A stretch of 64,000 bases of DNA from Scyliorhinus canicula (taxonomy: Eukaryota): positions 186,001 through 250,000 of the forward strand of contig NW_024055478.1 of NCBI RefSeq assembly GCF_902713615.1, written 5' to 3'. Shown in pieces: positions 11,380 to 21,751 of this stretch. Position numbers and translations under genes: made by a program. The notes under the pieces are model-generated. The model was not told where the DNA came from. It did not search any database and was given only the letters and a program-made list of their open reading frames with translations. Every line of letters begins with the position of its first letter. Positions within the stretch are counted from its first letter, which is position 1.

Positions 11380-11660
11380 GCAGGCAATTATCTGTCAGAG
11401 CAGCAATCCAGATTCAGGTCCCACTGCATTGCTGATCCAACCAATGACAGGAATCGAGCAGCGGCAGCAATGTCTAGAATATCCCAATGGTGTTGGAGCG
11501 AGGCCATCAAGCGGAAGCTGTGACCGGGGCACCGCAGACTCAAAGCTGAAAAATTGTGCGGCGGTTATCAGCTGCAGTCACAAGTGATGGAGCGGAAATA
11601 GCGACAGTTGAGCATCCAGCAGCCCGTGACCATCCTGCACCTGCTCAACTCACTGAGAAC
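11380..11660 (-). promoter_or_regulatory. Conserved V-upstream module (E-box/ETS/RUNX motifs), copy 1
   Basis: Invariant blocks GAGCAGGTGCAGGATGGT (11629-11646), CTATTTCCGCTCC (11589-11601), GAGTCTGCGGT (11531-11541) shared with 50620 and 62290 copies. Confidence 0.65.
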
Positions 11661-11894
11661 AATATCGTGTCGGAGGGCTGGGGGCAGATTGAACTGACGC
11701 TACCTGCGCCTATTTGAAATAACTTTTTCTATTGCCCTTTTCACCCTGCATTTAAATCCCGCGGGGTTTTCCGTTCTCACGTTCTGACAATACATTTTGA
11801 AATGTTCTATTGATTCTTCTTCTCTCATCAATTGTTGCGCCAGACTCCAAATGATAACAACTCACAGTGCAATCAACATGATTTGCTTGCATAA

Positions 11895-11966
11895 GGTGCG
11901 GTGGCCAAGAGGAAAGGCGTTGGTCTCGTAAACCAAAAATCGCGGGTTCAAATCCCGCCTCGGTGC
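11895..11966 (+). pseudogene. tRNA-Thr-CGT: tRNA-Thr-CGT pseudogene
   Basis: GGTGCGGTGGCCAAGAGGAAAGGCGTTGGTCT-CGT-AAACCAAAAATCGCGGGTTCAAATCCCG; 3' acceptor strand no longer pairs. Confidence 0.8.
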
Positions 11967-12106
11967 TGATCCATTCAAAGTAACGTTTCATTATCTCACA
12001 AGCACCTACTGAATGAAATATCATTTACCGATCTTCTTCATAGTACATTTAACCTTCAGCTCAAGAAAATAATTCGTGACAATCTGGTCTCTGAAAAAAG
12101 CGATGT

Positions 12107-12406
12107 TCACCGCAGTTCCCCTTTTGTACCTTGTTCGTCAGAACCAAAATAAAGAAAACTAGTCTGTTGAGCCCTGCTATTATTCTGAGTTCTAACCTCC
12201 GCATGTCCACCAAAGTCTTGGCATTCTTTCGACTTCGTCGCATCCATGGTGTGAACCGAGAACTCCAGGGATGATTTGCACAGATTAAGCATCATTTTTT
12301 GATTAGAAACACCTATAGTGACAAAGATAGTGTATAAACAGCTGAAATTTAGATTTCCGTCTAGATTTCCCGCCCTGATATGCATTGCAGTCAACACTGA
12401 ATCCAC
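12107..12406 (-). pseudogene. Possible highly diverged V-domain relic
   Basis: DSV...NFSC places Cys 22 residues from the start as in TRAV; KSSLEF aligns with FR2 end; Trp41, Cys104 and RSS not convincingly present. Confidence 0.3.
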
Positions 12407-12445
12407 TCAACAGCCGAATTCTAACACGGAGTAAACCGAATCCGG

Positions 12446-12460
12446 CAGCAGAGGGCGCCA
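12446..12460 (+). promoter_or_regulatory. CTCF-like motif upstream of V pseudogene 12631
   Basis: CAGCAGAGGGCGCCA matches the CTCF core consensus. Confidence 0.6.
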
Positions 12461-12524
12461 AATTCAAGAACGGGCGTCAGAAACTCACCTGATGGTGTCG
12501 GCCAAGCCGATAAGATGGGAGGCG

Positions 12525-12534
12525 AGTGATGTCA
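12525..12534 (+). promoter_or_regulatory. TCR V-promoter CRE-like decamer
   Basis: AGTGATGTCA about 100 nt upstream of leader ATG 12631. Confidence 0.6.
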
Positions 12535-12630
12535 CAATAGACCCTCTCCCTGCACTGCACTAAGTTCCCTCTCTCCTACACAATCCCTGACTCAGTCCAG
12601 TTCAGTTCACTGAGAGAGATTCAGACAGAC

Positions 12631-13342
12631 ATGGTTGTGATAATACTGGCGGTGCTTTGGCACAGTAAGTAATTATAGTGTTAATTAAACCAGATTAGCA
12701 TATTAATACACATAGGCTAGAGTATAATTAACGATCGGGAATGTCTATGAAGTGCCAGCATCAGAGGTCCCAAAAAATGCCGCAGATACAAGTAGATTTA
12801 TATCAACTCTGTTTAAACTCAGGGCGGCAGGGTGGCGCAATGGTTGGCACTGCTGCCTCATTGCACTGAGGACACGGGTTCGATCCCGGTCCCAGGTCAC
12901 TGCCCGTGTGGTGTTTGAACATTCTCACTCCCACAACCTAGATGTACAGGCTAAGTGGAGTGGCCACGCTAAAAAACACCTCTTAATTGAAAAAACTCTA
13001 ACTGTGTAAAGGGACAACAATCTGTTCATTTCATTCCTTCACTTTCGCAGGCCGGCTATATGCAATCCAGTAGCCCAGTCACCAGTGACAATAACAGTCT
13101 CAGAAGGGGCTTCGGTGAAGTTAAATTGCCAATATAAAGGCCCCAACATGTACAAAATGCAATGATATCAGGAGAACCCGGCACAGCCACCGAGATGGAT
13201 TATCACCAACACCTTAGTAATGAAGAAAGGTGTGGGTTCAGGACGATATCTGGCGGTTGCTGACAAATCTAAACAGAACGGTTACCTCAGTATAAGCGCA
13301 TTCGATGTGGAGGATGGGATGGTCTATTACTGCTCACTGAGG
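12631..13342 (+). pseudogene. TCR alpha/delta-type V pseudogene (leader 12631-12664, V exon 13051-13342)
   Basis: Leader MVVIILAVLWH|gtaagt; NPVAQSPVTITVSEGASVKLNCQY...MQ*YQENPAQPPRW...VYYCSLR; Trp41 codon is TGA; exon-start frameshift; heptamer mutated to aacagcg; same family as 8769/17502. Confidence 0.9.
12822..12985 (+). mobile_element. tRNA-derived SINE inside the V intron
   Basis: gggcggcagggtggcgcaatggttggcactgctgcctca...ggttcgatcccgg head, truncated body. Confidence 0.75.
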
Positions 13343-13842
13343 AACAGCGTTAGAGAAAACCTAAAGCCCCGTACACAACGCTGAGTGAGTGTTTACAGCA
13401 TCACTGAGGTTCCTTTCCGAGAAGGAATTGATCCCAGGATCAGGCAAGCAATCATGTCTATTTACCGGACATGTCTCTGTCCTTGTGTAGGTCAAGAGAG
13501 GAATAGTTTGGGAAATCTTGAGAGCTATGGTTGAAAATATCAGCCATGATTGCATGGCAGAAGCGGCACTCGATGGGCCAAGTGACCTAACTCTGCTCCT
13601 ATGTCTAATAGTCTTATGGTCTTATTATGGTCTATCATACCGCACATTGTATTGTATCTTTAAAACCGAATATCTACCTACCAGCAGAGGGGGGCACTCG
13701 AATGAGGAGTTAAGATGGACGAAAATCATGGCCTGCTCTCGCAGATGAGTCCAAGGACAAAGACTTCTCGTTACCCGTTCCTGTAACGAAATGCAGAATG
13801 GATCAATGTCTGCTGCGGTACTAAATGTACCAGGTACTTAAT

Positions 13843-14136
13843 GGGCGGCACTGTGGCTCAGTGGTTTGCATTGCTGCCTCACAGCTCCAGGAACCCGGGT
13901 TCGAATACCAGCTTGAGTCACTGTCTGTGTGGAGTCTGCACATTCTCCCAGTGTCTGCGTGGGTTTCCTCAGGGTGTTCCGGTTTCCTCCCACAAGTCGC
14001 AAAAAGTCATGCTGTTAGGTAATTTGGACATTCTGAATTCTCCCTCTGTGCACCCGAACAGGCGTCAGAATGTGGTGACTGGGGGATTTTCAACGTAACT
14101 TCATTGCAGTCTTAATGTAAGCCAAATTGTGACAAG
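13843..14136 (+). mobile_element. V-SINE (HE1-like)
   Basis: tRNA-like head plus V-domain core gggtttcctcagggtgttccggtttcctcccac. Confidence 0.8.
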
Positions 14137-14229
14137 CGGTGATATTCACCTCTCAAGGTGGATGCGAGAGGGCGGTCAGAAAGACCATCGCCATTTATTA
14201 TTATGTGAAAATGGAGCAAGACGGGTTAT

Positions 14230-16170
14230 TGGATTGGATTTGTTTATTACCGAGGTACAATGAAAAGTATTTTTCTGCAAGCAGCTCAACAGATCATTCA
14301 GTACATGGAAGAAAAGGGAATTAAACAAATTTCAAGAAAATACAAGAAAATACATGGGACTACATAATAGGGCAACACAAGATATACAGTGTAACGACAT
14401 ATGCATTGGCATCGGTTGAAACATACAGGGTGTAGTGTTAATGAGGTCAGTCAATAAGAGAGTCATTTCGGAGTCTGGTGACAGTGGGGAAGAAGCTGTT
14501 TTTGAGTCTGTTCGTGCGTGTTCTCAGACTTCTGTATCTCCTGCCCGATGGAAGAAGTAGGAAAAGTGAGTAAGCCGGGTGGGAGGGATCCTTGATTATG
14601 CTGCCCACTTTCCCCCGCAGCGGGAGGTGTAGATGGAGTCCATGGATGGGAGGCAGGCTCGTGTGATGGACTGGGCGCTATTCACGACTCTCTGAAGTTC
14701 CCTGCGGTCCTGGGCCGAGCAGTTGCCATACCAGGCTGTGATGCAGCCTGATAAGATGCTCTCTATAGTGCATCTGTAAAAGTTGGTAAGGGTTAATGTG
14801 GACATGCCGAATTTCCTTAGTTTCCTGAGGAAGTATAGGCGCTGTTGTGCTTGCTTGGTGATAGCGTCGACGTGAGTGGACCAGGACAGATTTTTGATGA
14901 TGTGCACTGCTAGGAATTTGAAACAGCTAACCATCTCCACCTCGTCCACGTTGATGCTGACAGGGGTGTGTACAGTACTTTGCATCCTGAAGTCGATGAC
15001 CAGCTCTTTAGCTTTGCTGGCATTGAGGGAGAGATTGTTGTCGTTACACCACTCCACTAGGTTCTCTATCTCCCTCCTGTATTCGGACTCGTCGTTATTC
15101 ATGACCCGGCCCACTCTGGTCGTATCATCAGCCAACTTCTAGATGGAGTTGGAACCAAGTTTTGCCACGCAGTCGTATGTGTACAGGGAGTAGAGTAGGG
15201 GGCTAAGTACGCTACCTTGCGGGGCACCGGTATTGAGGACGATTGTGGGGGAGGTGTTGGTGTTCATTCTTACTGATTGTGCTTTGTTGGTCAGAAAGTC
15301 AAGGATCCAGTTGCAGAGTGGAAAGCCAACTCCTATGTTTTGGAGCTTTGGTATGAGCTTGGCTGGGATTATGGTGTTGAAGGCAGAGCTGTAGTCAATA
15401 AATAGGAGTCTGATGTAGGAGTCCTTGTTTTCGAGATGCTCTAGGGATGAGTGTAGGGCCAAGGAAATGCCGTCTGATGTTGACCGGTTGCGACAGTATG
15501 CGAATTGAAGTGTGTCAAGGCGTTCCGGGAGTATGGAGGTGATGCGCTTCATGATCAGCCTCTCGAAGCACTTCATTACAACTGACGTCAGGGCCGCCGG
15601 AGGGTAGTCATTGAGGCATGTTGCCTCATTCTTCTTTGGTACCGGTATGATGGTGGTCTTCTTGAAGCAGGTGGGGACCTCGGAGTGGAGTAGGGATAGG
15701 TTAAAGATATCCGTGAATACCTCTGCCAGCTGGTATGCGCAGGCTCTGAGTGCACGACCAGGGATCCCGTCCGGGCCAGTCGCCTTCCATGGGTTCACTT
15801 TCAGGAAGGCCGATCTGACTTCGGAAACTGTGATGGTGGGTATGGGTGAATTAAGGGCTGCTGGGGCACTTGACAGCGGATTGTTGGTTACCTGCTCAAA
15901 CCGAGCATAGAATGCATTAAGTTCATCGGGAAGGTGTGCGCTGCTGCCAGAGATACAGTAAGAAGTCTTACAACATCAGGTTAAAGTACAACAGGTTTGT
16001 TTCAAACACGAGCTTTCGGAGCGCAGCTCCTTCCTCAGGTGAATCACAAAACAGAATAATTTAACCTGGTGTTGTAAGACTTCTTACTGTGCTCACCCCA
16101 TTCCAACGCCGGCATCTCCACATCATGGCCAGAGATACTGCTCGACCCGGCCCGGTTATGTAGATCTTTG
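14230..16170 (-). mobile_element. Rex1/Babar-type LINE, 5'-truncated RT
   Basis: ORFs 15139-15798 and 14596-15135: KATGPDGIPGRALRAC, LQFAYCRNRST, LFIDYSSAFNT, GAPQGSVLSP, QQRLYFLRKL. Confidence 0.88.
15957..16127. mobile_element. Short Penelope-like insertion with inverted ends and 11-bp TSD
   Basis: agtaagaagtcttacaacatcaggttaa...ttaacctggtgttgtaagacttcttact; gccagagatac at 15946-15956 and 16128-16138. Confidence 0.7.
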
Positions 16171-16544
16171 GGCTTTTTTTCTGAGGGATTCTTCTCCAGA
16201 GACCGCTGAGATAGGCCCATTGAAGATTTTAAGACAGATGTGGTTGGATTCTCAACTGAAAAGGTAATCAAAGGTTATCCGGGGTAGGTGAAATGTGAAT
16301 CTGAGGTCATGTTCGCATCTGTCACGAACTGATTGATTGTTGGAGAAGGCTCAAGGGGATGAATAGCCAACTCCTGCTCAACATTCGTCAGTTAGCAGGT
16401 CTGTGACATGGTGTCACAATCTCCTGAGTTATCGAGGGAGACACAGCATCGTTGAGCTATTCCCCAGCTCGGCGCTATGAAGGATATTACAGCGATAGAG
16501 GCAACTCCATGCCGCAGCCGGAGCACGGTACGTGTCATCAGAAC

Positions 16545-16715
16545 AGGAAAATCGCTTATTATCACGAGTCGGCTTCAAATGAAGTTACTGTGAAAATCCC
16601 CGAGTCGTCACATTCCGGCGCCTGTTCGGGGAGGCTGTTACGGGAATCGAACCGTGCTGCTGGCCTGCTTGGTCTGCTTTCAAAGCCAGCGATTTAGCCC
16701 TGTCCTAAACAGCCG
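16545..16715 (-). mobile_element. SINE (acagggctaaatcgctggctttgaaagcagacc family)
   Basis: Related copy at 49013-49145; head retained in left arm near 9790-9825. Confidence 0.65.
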
Positions 16716-16750
16716 CTAAAAATATATCATCCAAGAGTGGAACAACAATC

Positions 16751-16767
16751 CGTCTCCGGGTGGGATC

Positions 16768-16824
<57 letters not shown>
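16751..16824 (-). tRNA. tRNA-Asn-GTT: tRNA-Asn-GTT, intact
   Basis: Perfect acceptor stem GTCTCCG/CGGAGAC, anticodon GTT. Confidence 0.95.
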
Positions 16825-17501
16825 GTCAACAGAATCACAACTCTGTGCATTTCAACAGTGACGGCCAATCCTCTGATTGCCAGGGACCGAATGAGAATGC
16901 TGGTAATATTGGTCCCCTGAGGCAGTGCGGAAAATACCTGGAAGGAGCGTACACTTGGTCCCGCGGGCATGGACATTTGTGAGACGTGGAATCATCACAG
17001 GCCCGTGGATTTTACAGAACTCACTTGGACAGCACCACACTTCCGTTAAAACACGCACGTTATCCGGGAACCTCCATAACAGAAAGCAGGAAGTGTCAAC
17101 ATAGATTTGATGTATTTTCGATCAGAAAGTCGATGTTCCGCTGAAGACTACTGGGGGCTCAGACTCATTGGCATAAGGTCGACCTAAGTTAACGGTCCTG
17201 GAAGATTTTATTATCCCCACATCTGAGAACTTTCATTACTGCTGCTCGGAAGTGGATATTCCAAGCTTAAATTTACTGTGCATCGCGACATGCTGATTAA
17301 TCTCACGAATCCGAAACGGCTCCTCTATTGACCTATACAAGGACAGAGACGGCAATGCAATTGTGGAGAAATAGACCTGAGTATTTTTCTGAATCCAGAT
17401 CAAACCATCCTCCGGCACAAGGGCAGGAACGCAAATTTACTGGAATTGAAAATACTCTCTGAGGCTTTCGTACGGGGTTGTAGCTGCTTTGTGACACTGT
17501 G

Positions 17502-17742
17502 CTCATTGCACAGTAACAGACCGCCCCGTCCTCCACACTGAGCGCGTTTATATTAAGGTAACCATTCTTTTTAGACTTGTTGGCAGCCGCCAGATATCGT
17601 CCTGAGATCTCCTCTTTCTTCATCGTCAATATGTTAATGATGACCAATCTCGGCGGCTGTGCCGGGTTTTGCTGATACCATAGCATGTGGTACATCGTCC
17701 GGTCTGTATATTCGCAATCTAACTGCACTGAACTCCCTTCTG
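17502..17742 (-). pseudogene. 5'-truncated TCR V segment (open frame, no leader)
   Basis: EGSSVQLDCEYTDRTMYHMLWYQQNPAQPPRL...EDGAVCYCAM; heptamer at 17495-17501 with 23-nt spacer; same unit-A junction as 8769. Confidence 0.88.
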
Positions 17743-17913
17743 ATTTCTAACCTGTCCCGGTTTTAATGAAAGGTGATAGTGAAAGACGAACTTTGTTGTC
17801 CTGTCGACAAATGCCGCCTGACTACCTGAGATGTTGCAGTACTTTTGGTGTTCTCCGCAGATGTTAGATTGATTTTCGATGGCAATGACAGTATGCTTTG
17901 ACTCTTTCTGTGG

Positions 17914-18003
17914 GGCTCGTTGGTCTAGGGGTATGATTCTCGCTTTGGGTTTGTCACTGTCGAAATTTGCAAGAGGTCCCGGGATCAAATCCCGGACGAG
18001 CCC
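17914..18003 (+). pseudogene. tRNA-Pro-TGG: tRNA-Pro-TGG with intron, degenerate (T54>A, anticodon-stem mismatch)
   Basis: 90 nt; intron tttgtcactgtcgaaatt. Confidence 0.85.
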
Positions 18004-19049
18004 TTCCCGGATGAGGTTTTCCGTTGGTCAAGCCGCATGGTTACTTCATTTCTTTGCGGCGGAGACGGCGGGATTCATTCACATTGTGTTTGCTTTGAGA
18101 AGCTGAGCTCAAACTGCATGGAACCAATACGTTCCCGAGAAGCTTGTCTATGTGTGGGCATTTCTATTGACTAATTCTGGTGGACTCAGACAGCTCTTTG
18201 TCCCTTTCATTTTATCAGTTCAACAACTTCAGACTGTGAACTCTCACTTCCCCCCCACCACATGTTTTTTCCGTCAACTTATCATTCCTTACATTGATAT
18301 GTTTTACCCTAAGCATTGCCCTCCTCCCCCCAGCCCATACCATCCTACTTCAGCAATCTGATCCCTGTTTGTAATTGTTCTCTGACGCACTGCTTACCTT
18401 TGTTCTGCCCTTAACACATTCTGACCGCTCGATGCGCCATCAGCACCTTTCCTGGCCTTGATGAGCCTCATTTACATTCCCTTTTTCTTTCTGCCCGAGA
18501 CATTTTCGTCATTTCCCACCTATTGCTAGCCCTCTATCGAGGCCCAATACAGCACTCCACCACCCCCACCCCCCACCCACAATCGTCTGAATCTCCAGTT
18601 CCAGTTCTCCAGCTTTGACAAAGAGTCCACTTGACTGGAAACGACAGCTGCCATTTCGCTCCCCAGAGGCTGTCAGACCTGCTGAGATTATCCAGTATTT
18701 TCTGTTTTTGTTTCCGTTTGAAGCATCCGCAGTAAGTTGCATTTGTCACACATTTAGACATGTTTGAGATGGTGATTAAATATGTTCATTTGTAAATCGC
18801 TGAAACTCTGTTGTGGATGAACTAGCTGCTAATATCCGAGGTGTGCCAAGATATGAAAATTCTTCACCTCTCATTGCCTGCCGAAAATTCAGTGCTTGGG
18901 CCTGAATGTTCAATTCAGTGTAGTGGCTCATGTGAGACGAAATTTCATAGTCCTGGAACACACGAGATTCCGGCAACATTCAGGAAACAGAATTATTTTG
19001 TGCCCAATAATTGTGCAAACTTTTCTCACACGAAATGCTAAATGTTCGA

Positions 19050-19122
19050 TGTTTCTGCCCGGTTTCGAACCGGGGACCTTTCGCGTGAAAGGCGAATGGG
19101 ATAACCACTACACTACAGAAAC
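19050..19122 (-). tRNA. Val-body tRNA with TTC anticodon (probable pseudogene)
   Basis: Minus strand TTCGC-CT-TTC-AC-GCGAA in unit-A context; D-stem change atcac>atccc. Confidence 0.75.
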
Positions 19123-20356
19123 CGCTGGCAAGCGATGGACGTGCGGAATGTACAACCTCACTGTGTTGCTGCAGATTCTGATGGTCTGTTTGAGAGGCCA
19201 GGTCCCTTGTTGCAAGCGACAGCTGTTTCTTAAATTAACAGATGTCTCAACATATAAAGCCGTGAGCTATAGAAATTATATCGAAATTAACATAAGTTAT
19301 ATTTTGCTGAATGTCGGTCTCAAATTTGTGCTCTTTGGTCTCGAGGTCTGGTTCTCGTTTAAGGATTTTCAAGCAATGCCTATGGGAGTGGTCGTGGGTT
19401 TAAATCCAGGACAGGCTCTTTACTCCAGGTCAGGGATTACGAATTGTTTGCGATGCTGACGGCAGGGTTGATTTACATTGGCCCACTCTGAAAAAGATTT
19501 CTCAGGACTCGGAATGTTTACGTCGTTTCTCTCCCCACAGATGATGCTCGAGAGAGAGAGAGACAGTGTCTGAGCTGGAGTGCGTTTGGATAAAATTGAT
19601 GCTCCAGATCTGTGTTAACCACAGGGACGTGACCCATCTAATCCACAGAGCCAAAGTGGAGAATTGAACTGACTGGGGAGCTGGATCTTAACGCTGACCT
19701 CCCGGACCTCGGCGTCGTGAAATGTTCCAAAGAAGCTCAACAGCCACTCGAGGAACAGCAGCGCATCTTTCCACTGGGCTCAATACAGCTTTCACACTCA
19801 GTGTGTGTTCAGTAGTTTCACACTGTAAATGCTGCACCCATTTTGTGTGTCGTTCCATCGTAGATTTGGGTTTCAATCTTGTTTCCACTTGTTCTTTGTG
19901 TCCGGGCGGTAGTTGTTGATCAATCTGCCATCGATAGCTCCTCCAGACATATATTTTGTTTCATTGTTTCTTCCATTGCGCTGACAGAGAGCTGGCACAG
20001 ACACGGCGGCCGGAATGGCCTCATACTGTAGTGTCATTATTCTCTGATTCGATGCTAACCTAACTCTGTGGCCAGGGTCCCAAGGCCTCTTCTCATTTCA
20101 TCTCTCCTGACTTGCCCCCTATTAGATCCCTTTCCTGTTGTTCTGTTTCCTCCCTCCGGGAGTTCACTTGGTTAAGACGTACCACATTTCTAACCTGTCC
20201 CGGTTTTTATGAAAGGTGATGGTGAAAGACGAACTTTGTTGTCCTGTCGACAAATGCCGCCCGACTACCTGAGAGGGTGCAGTACTTCTGGCGTTCTCCG
20301 CAGATGTTAGATTGATTTTCGATGGCAATGAAAGTATGCTTTGGGTCTTTTCGAGG

Positions 20357-20383
20357 GGCTCGTTGGTCTAGAGGTATGATTCT
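20357..20383 (+). pseudogene. 5' fragment of tRNA-Pro cut by deletion
   Basis: ggctcgttggtctagaggtatgattct joined directly to ttcattttatcag. Confidence 0.75.
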
Positions 20384-21222
20384 TTCATTTTATCAGTTCA
20401 ACAACTTCAGACTGTGAACTCTCACTTCCCCCTCCACCACATGTTTTTTCCATCAACTTATCATCCCTTCCATTGATATGTTTTACCCTCAGCATTGCCC
20501 ACCTCCCCCCAGCCCATAACATCCTACTTCAGCAATCTGATCCATGTTTGTAATTGTTCTCTAACACACTGCTTACCTTTGTTCTGCCATTAACACATTC
20601 TGACCGCTTGATGCACCATCAGCACCTTTCATAGCCTTGATTAGCCTCATTTACATTGCCTTTTTCTTTCTGCCCGAGACATTTTCGTCATTTCCCACCT
20701 ATTGCTAGCCCTCTGTCGAGACCCAATACAGCACGCCACCACCCCCACCCCCCACCCACAATCGTCTGAATCTCCAGTTCCAGTTCTCCAGGTTTGACAA
20801 AGAGTCCGCTTGACTGGAAACGACAGCTGCCATTTCGCTCCCCAGAGGCTGTCAGACCTGCTGAGATTATCCAATATTTTCTGTTTTTGTTTCCGTTTGA
20901 AGCATCCGCAGTAAGTTGCATTTGTCACACATTTAGACATGTTTGAGATGGTGATTAAATATGTTCATTTGTAAATCGCTGAAACTCTGTGGTGGATGAA
21001 CTAGCTGCTAATATCCGAGGTGTGCCAAGATATGAAAATTCTTCATCTCTCATTGCCTGCCGAAAATTCAGTGCTTGGGCCTTAATGTTCAATTCAGTTT
21101 AGTGGCTCATGTGAGACGAAATTTCATAGTCCTGGAACACACGAGATTCCGGCAACAATCAGGAAACAGAATTATTTTGTGCCCAATAATTGTGCAAACT
21201 TTTCCTCACACGAAATGCTAAA

Positions 21223-21295
21223 TGCTTATGCCCGGTTTCGGCCCGGGAACCTTTCGCGTGTAAGGCGAATGTGATAACCACTACACTACAGAAAA
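21223..21295 (-). pseudogene. tRNA-Val-TAC: tRNA-Val-TAC pseudogene in unit-A context
   Basis: Anticodon TAC; T-loop and acceptor stem mutated. Confidence 0.8.
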
Positions 21296-21719
21296 CGCTG
21301 GCGACCAGTAGATGTGCGGAATGTACAACCTCACTGTGTTGCTGCAGATTCTGATGGTCTGTTTGAGAGGCCAGGTCCCCTGTTGGAAGCGACAGCAGTT
21401 TCTTAAATTAACAGATATCTCAACATAAAGCCGTGAGATGTAGAAATTATACCGAAATTAACATAAGATATATTTTGCTGAATGTCGGTCTTAAATTTGT
21501 GCTCTTTGATCTCGAGGTCTGGTTCTCGTTGAGGGATTTTCAATCAATGCCTATGGGAGTTGTCGTGGGTTTAAAACCAGGACAGGCTCTTTACTTCAGG
21601 TCAGAGATTATGAATTGTTTGCGATGCTGACGGCGGGGTTGATTTACATTGGCCCACTCTGAAAAAGATTTCTCAGGACTCGGAATGTTTCCGTCGTTTC
21701 TCTCCCCACAGATGATGCT

Positions 21720-21751
<32 letters not shown>

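Larger units (their letters stand above)
14138..17742 (-). repeat. Right arm of inverted segmental duplication
   Basis: Reverse-complement match to 8769-10783; retains ~1.1 kb and ~0.45 kb segments deleted from the left arm. Confidence 0.92.

Noticed and set aside
12525-12534. Assignment of the locus to TCR beta because of the decamer
   Set aside because: V sequences lack beta-type ends (CASS) and resemble TRAV/TRDV; the CRE-like motif is not beta-exclusive.
13681-13696. CTCF-like ccagcagagggggcac (also 55095-55110 and 62978-62992)
   Set aside because: Register shifted or several core mismatches; too weak to call without a PWM scan.
12822-14136. SINE heads as tRNA genes
   Set aside because: They have A/B boxes but no cloverleaf or anticodon arm, and continue into the V-SINE core and LINE-like tail.
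19050-19122. Genuine tRNA-Glu-TTC
   Set aside because: The body and flanks are those of tRNA-Val; a true Glu-TTC has an unrelated sequence (TCCC...).
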